64,000 bases of DNA from Mobula hypostoma. Lineage: Eukaryota. Under the pieces are notes generated by a model, which saw only the letters and a program-made list of their open reading frames with translations, searched no databases and was not told the DNA's origin. Location of the stretch: NCBI RefSeq assembly GCF_963921235.1, contig NC_086097.1, forward strand, positions 7,626,001-7,690,000. The letters run 5' to 3'. Positions 61,150 through 64,000 of the stretch are shown here, piece by piece (position 1 is the stretch's first letter; each line of letters begins with the position of its first letter). The translations under genes were made by a program, and so were the position numbers.

Positions 61150-62180
61150 AAGAAAACACAGCGCTCTCTTTTTCTTTACTTCCTCAGAAGTTTGTGAAAC
61201 TTTGACACACTCCTATAGCTGTACCATGGAGAGTTTATCGACTGGCTGCATCACAGCCTGGTATGGAAACACCAATCCCTTTGAATGGATAATTCTACAA
61301 AAGGTAATCAATTCGGCTCAGTACGTCATGAGTAAAGCCTTTCATAGAATCATAGAATCATAGGATCATAGAAATCTACAGCACATTACAGGCCGTTTAG
61401 CCCACAATATTCTGCCGACCATATAACCTGCTCTAGAAATTGCCTAGAATTATCCTATCGCATAGCCTTCCACACATTCAGCACACCAACATGAGACACT
61501 TTTGCAGGAAAGCAGCATCCATTAACAGAATACCTTACGACCCAGGCCATGTTCTTGCTGCTGCCATTAGGTAGAAGGTACAACAGCATCAGAGTTCACA
61601 CCACCAGTTCAAGAAGTGTTACTATCCCACATCCATCAAGGTCTTGAACAAAGGAGATAACTTCACTCACATGCCCACCGATTGAGATGTTCCCACAACC
61701 AATGATCCCACTTTATGAAATCTTTGTTTTGTTATCTCATGTTCTTATTATTTATTACTATTTATTTATATTTGGATTTGCACTGTTTGTTGTCTTCTGG
61801 TTGAACTTTCATTAATCCTGTTATAGAAACTATTCTATTGATGAGTATGCCCACAGGAAAATGAGCCTCAGGTTTGTATGTGGTGACATATTAAAAACTT
61901 TGATAATAAAATTTACTTTGGAATTTGAAGTTAAGTGAAGTTATCCCCTTTGGTTCAAAGGCCTGATGACTGAGGGTAATAACTATTCCTGAACTTGGTG
62001 GTGTAAATCCTGATGCTCCTGTATCTTCTTCCAAGAAGAGAGCACGGTCTGGATGGTGGGGTATCCCTGATGATTGATGCTGCTTTCCTCCAGCAACTTT
62101 CAACGTAGATGGACTGGGCCATATCTTCTACTTTTTGTAGGATTTTCCATTCAAGGGCACTGGTATCCCATACCAGGCTG
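61150..62180. mobile_element. Cluster of Rex1/Babar remnants in both orientations with CR1-tail insertions
   Basis: TMESLSTGCITAWYG; (TTTGAA)-type tail at ~61910-61930. Confidence 0.7.
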
Positions 62181-62993
62181 TGTTGTGGCGAGAAGTTACA
62201 AAGTAGTAATGGATTCAGAAGAACTTTGAGAAGCTTTTCATAGGAAACACAGAAGTTAAAAATTCAGAGGTAAATATTGTGTCCCAAACAAAGCCTTGTC
62301 TGCGGTCCAGAATCAAGAGAGAAAGATATCAACGTGTTCTCTGAAAATGAGTTGAATTTGCACTGTGTTATGTCTTGGGCAAAAAAAAAATCACAAACAT
62401 GAGTCATTTGAATAAATTTCTAATGATTTCAGATGAAAGTGAGGGAGCATAGACTTCAGTTAAAGTTAAACATGTTTTTTTCTAAGATTTGATGTATCCT
62501 GGGTAGTAGGAGAGAGAAATGGCTGACTACAGACCACATCAAATGATGGGAATGTTCTTGTCTGCTGATATCAAGGATTTTAAGTGAAGTGAGACTACAC
62601 AGTCTGAAACTAGTTCCTGTACAGAATAGAGCTGCAGTAAAAAGGGGCTCATATTTCATCGCTAATTTGCACTAAGTTGACACAGGTGGAATTGCTGATG
62701 CATTTCTACCCAGAGATAGGCATAACAAGGTGGAAAGGAAAACAGTGGTAGAAACATTCATCCAGACGAGGATTAATGGTCAACTGACAGAAAAAGGATT
62801 AAGTAAAGCAATCCACCATGAGTTTGTTGAGGACAAATCATGTTGAACCAATTTGATAGAAATTTTATGTGGAGGTGCAGGAGAAGGACCTGCTTACTGC
62901 TTATTTATTATTATTGTTCTATTTTTTTTTCTCAGCTCAAGCTGGTCCAGACTGAGATAAGGACATAGCCAAGCACACTCATTTCTCAATTGC

Positions 62994-63380
62994 TGGGAAC
63001 TCTCTGACGGTGGTGTCTGAAAAGAGGATGCTGTCCAAGTTGCATGCCATCTTGGACAATGTCTCCCATCCACTACATATAATGGACTGGTTGGACACAG
63101 GAGTACATTCAGCCAGAGACTCATTCCACCGAGATGCAACACAGAGCGTCATAGGAAGTCATTCCTGCCTGTGGCCATCAAACTTTACAACTCCTCCCTT
63201 GGAGGGTCAGACACCCTGAGCCAATAGGCTGGTCCTGGACTTATTTCCTGGCATAATTTACATATTACTATTTAACTATTTATGGTTCTATTACTACTTA
63301 ATTATTTATGGTGCAACTGTAACGAAAACCGATTTCCCCAGGGATCAATAAAGTATGACTATGACTATAACTATGACTAC
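62994..63380 (+). mobile_element. Young Rex1-type LINE 3' end, (TATGAC)n family
   Basis: Nearly identical to 23190-23549; (TATGAC)n tail at 63354-63380. Confidence 0.9.
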
Positions 63381-63874
63381 TTTTGGACTTTTCTAATGAT
63401 GTTTATTATTGTGACTGTCTGGAGATTTACATAAATATTGCTGTGTAGACCTGTGTAGACTTTGGGATGATACCAGTTGTAGATATTACTGTTGAGACAA
63501 TGTATACTCTGTTCATGTTCCATAGTCTTTCAACTTTCTCTTTCATTCAGCATATTTCTGGTATTCATCACTTACTGATTTCTGTATGTTGTGAGTGTTT
63601 GGAATTGCTATATCTATTAAGTGAATTGTACTTTTATTGATTATCCTGTACTATTATATCTGGACAGTTATTATGGATTATCCTGTCTGTAATAATGGAT
63701 CGGTAAAAAAACAATTTGTAGGATTCTGACTCTAAAACTGGATCAAGCTTGTGTTTATAATAAGACATAGTAACTTTTGTAAGTCTGTATTTTTATTATT
63801 ATTAATTTCTTAGCGTTTACCGTGAATGCATACAAAAAATGAATCTTAAGTTGTATATGGTAACAAATAACCTC

Positions 63875-64000
63875 ACAAATAGAGAAAGCCTGGAGAGTGT
63901 GAGAGGCAGGATAGGCAGGTGATAGTGAAGGGATGGGCTCAGACCGATAGTTTGAAATGTGTCTATTTTAATGCAAGGGGTATTATGAACAAAGCTGATG
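63875..64000 (+). mobile_element. Start of a CR1 ORF2 endonuclease domain (runs off the window)
   Basis: LKCVYFNARGIMNKAD. Confidence 0.8.

Noticed and set aside
1..64000. CRISPR arrays, operons or other prokaryotic systems; most short ORFs in the track
   Set aside because: No regularly spaced repeats or bacterial gene structure; the short ORFs are sense or antisense translations of TE fragments or chance ORFs.

Overview
Vertebrate nuclear DNA (AT-rich, CpG-depleted), most likely a cartilaginous fish (ray or shark), inferred from HE1-type V-SINEs and HER1/CR1 LINEs. Most of the window is nested transposable-element debris. It contains CR1 LINEs (one young 5'-truncated copy with an intact RT C-terminal ORF), Rex1/Babar LINE 3' ends, RTE LINE and RTE-dependent non-autonomous elements, an R4/Dong-type RLE fragment, two Tc1 families, a solo LTR and two families of Penelope-like elements (PLEs). 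No intact host gene was recognised, but several minus-strand exon-like blocks may belong to an unidentified or decaying gene. The strongest structural signals are RNA-level. First, a dense population of 115-300 bp hammerhead-ribozyme PLE mini-insertions, several palindromic and with clean 12-14 bp TSDs. Second, a non-coding RTE-type element whose defined 5' end may fold as an atypical HDV-like ribozyme; one copy is interrupted by a hammerhead-carrying insertion. Boundaries of degraded repeats are approximate and read by eye.
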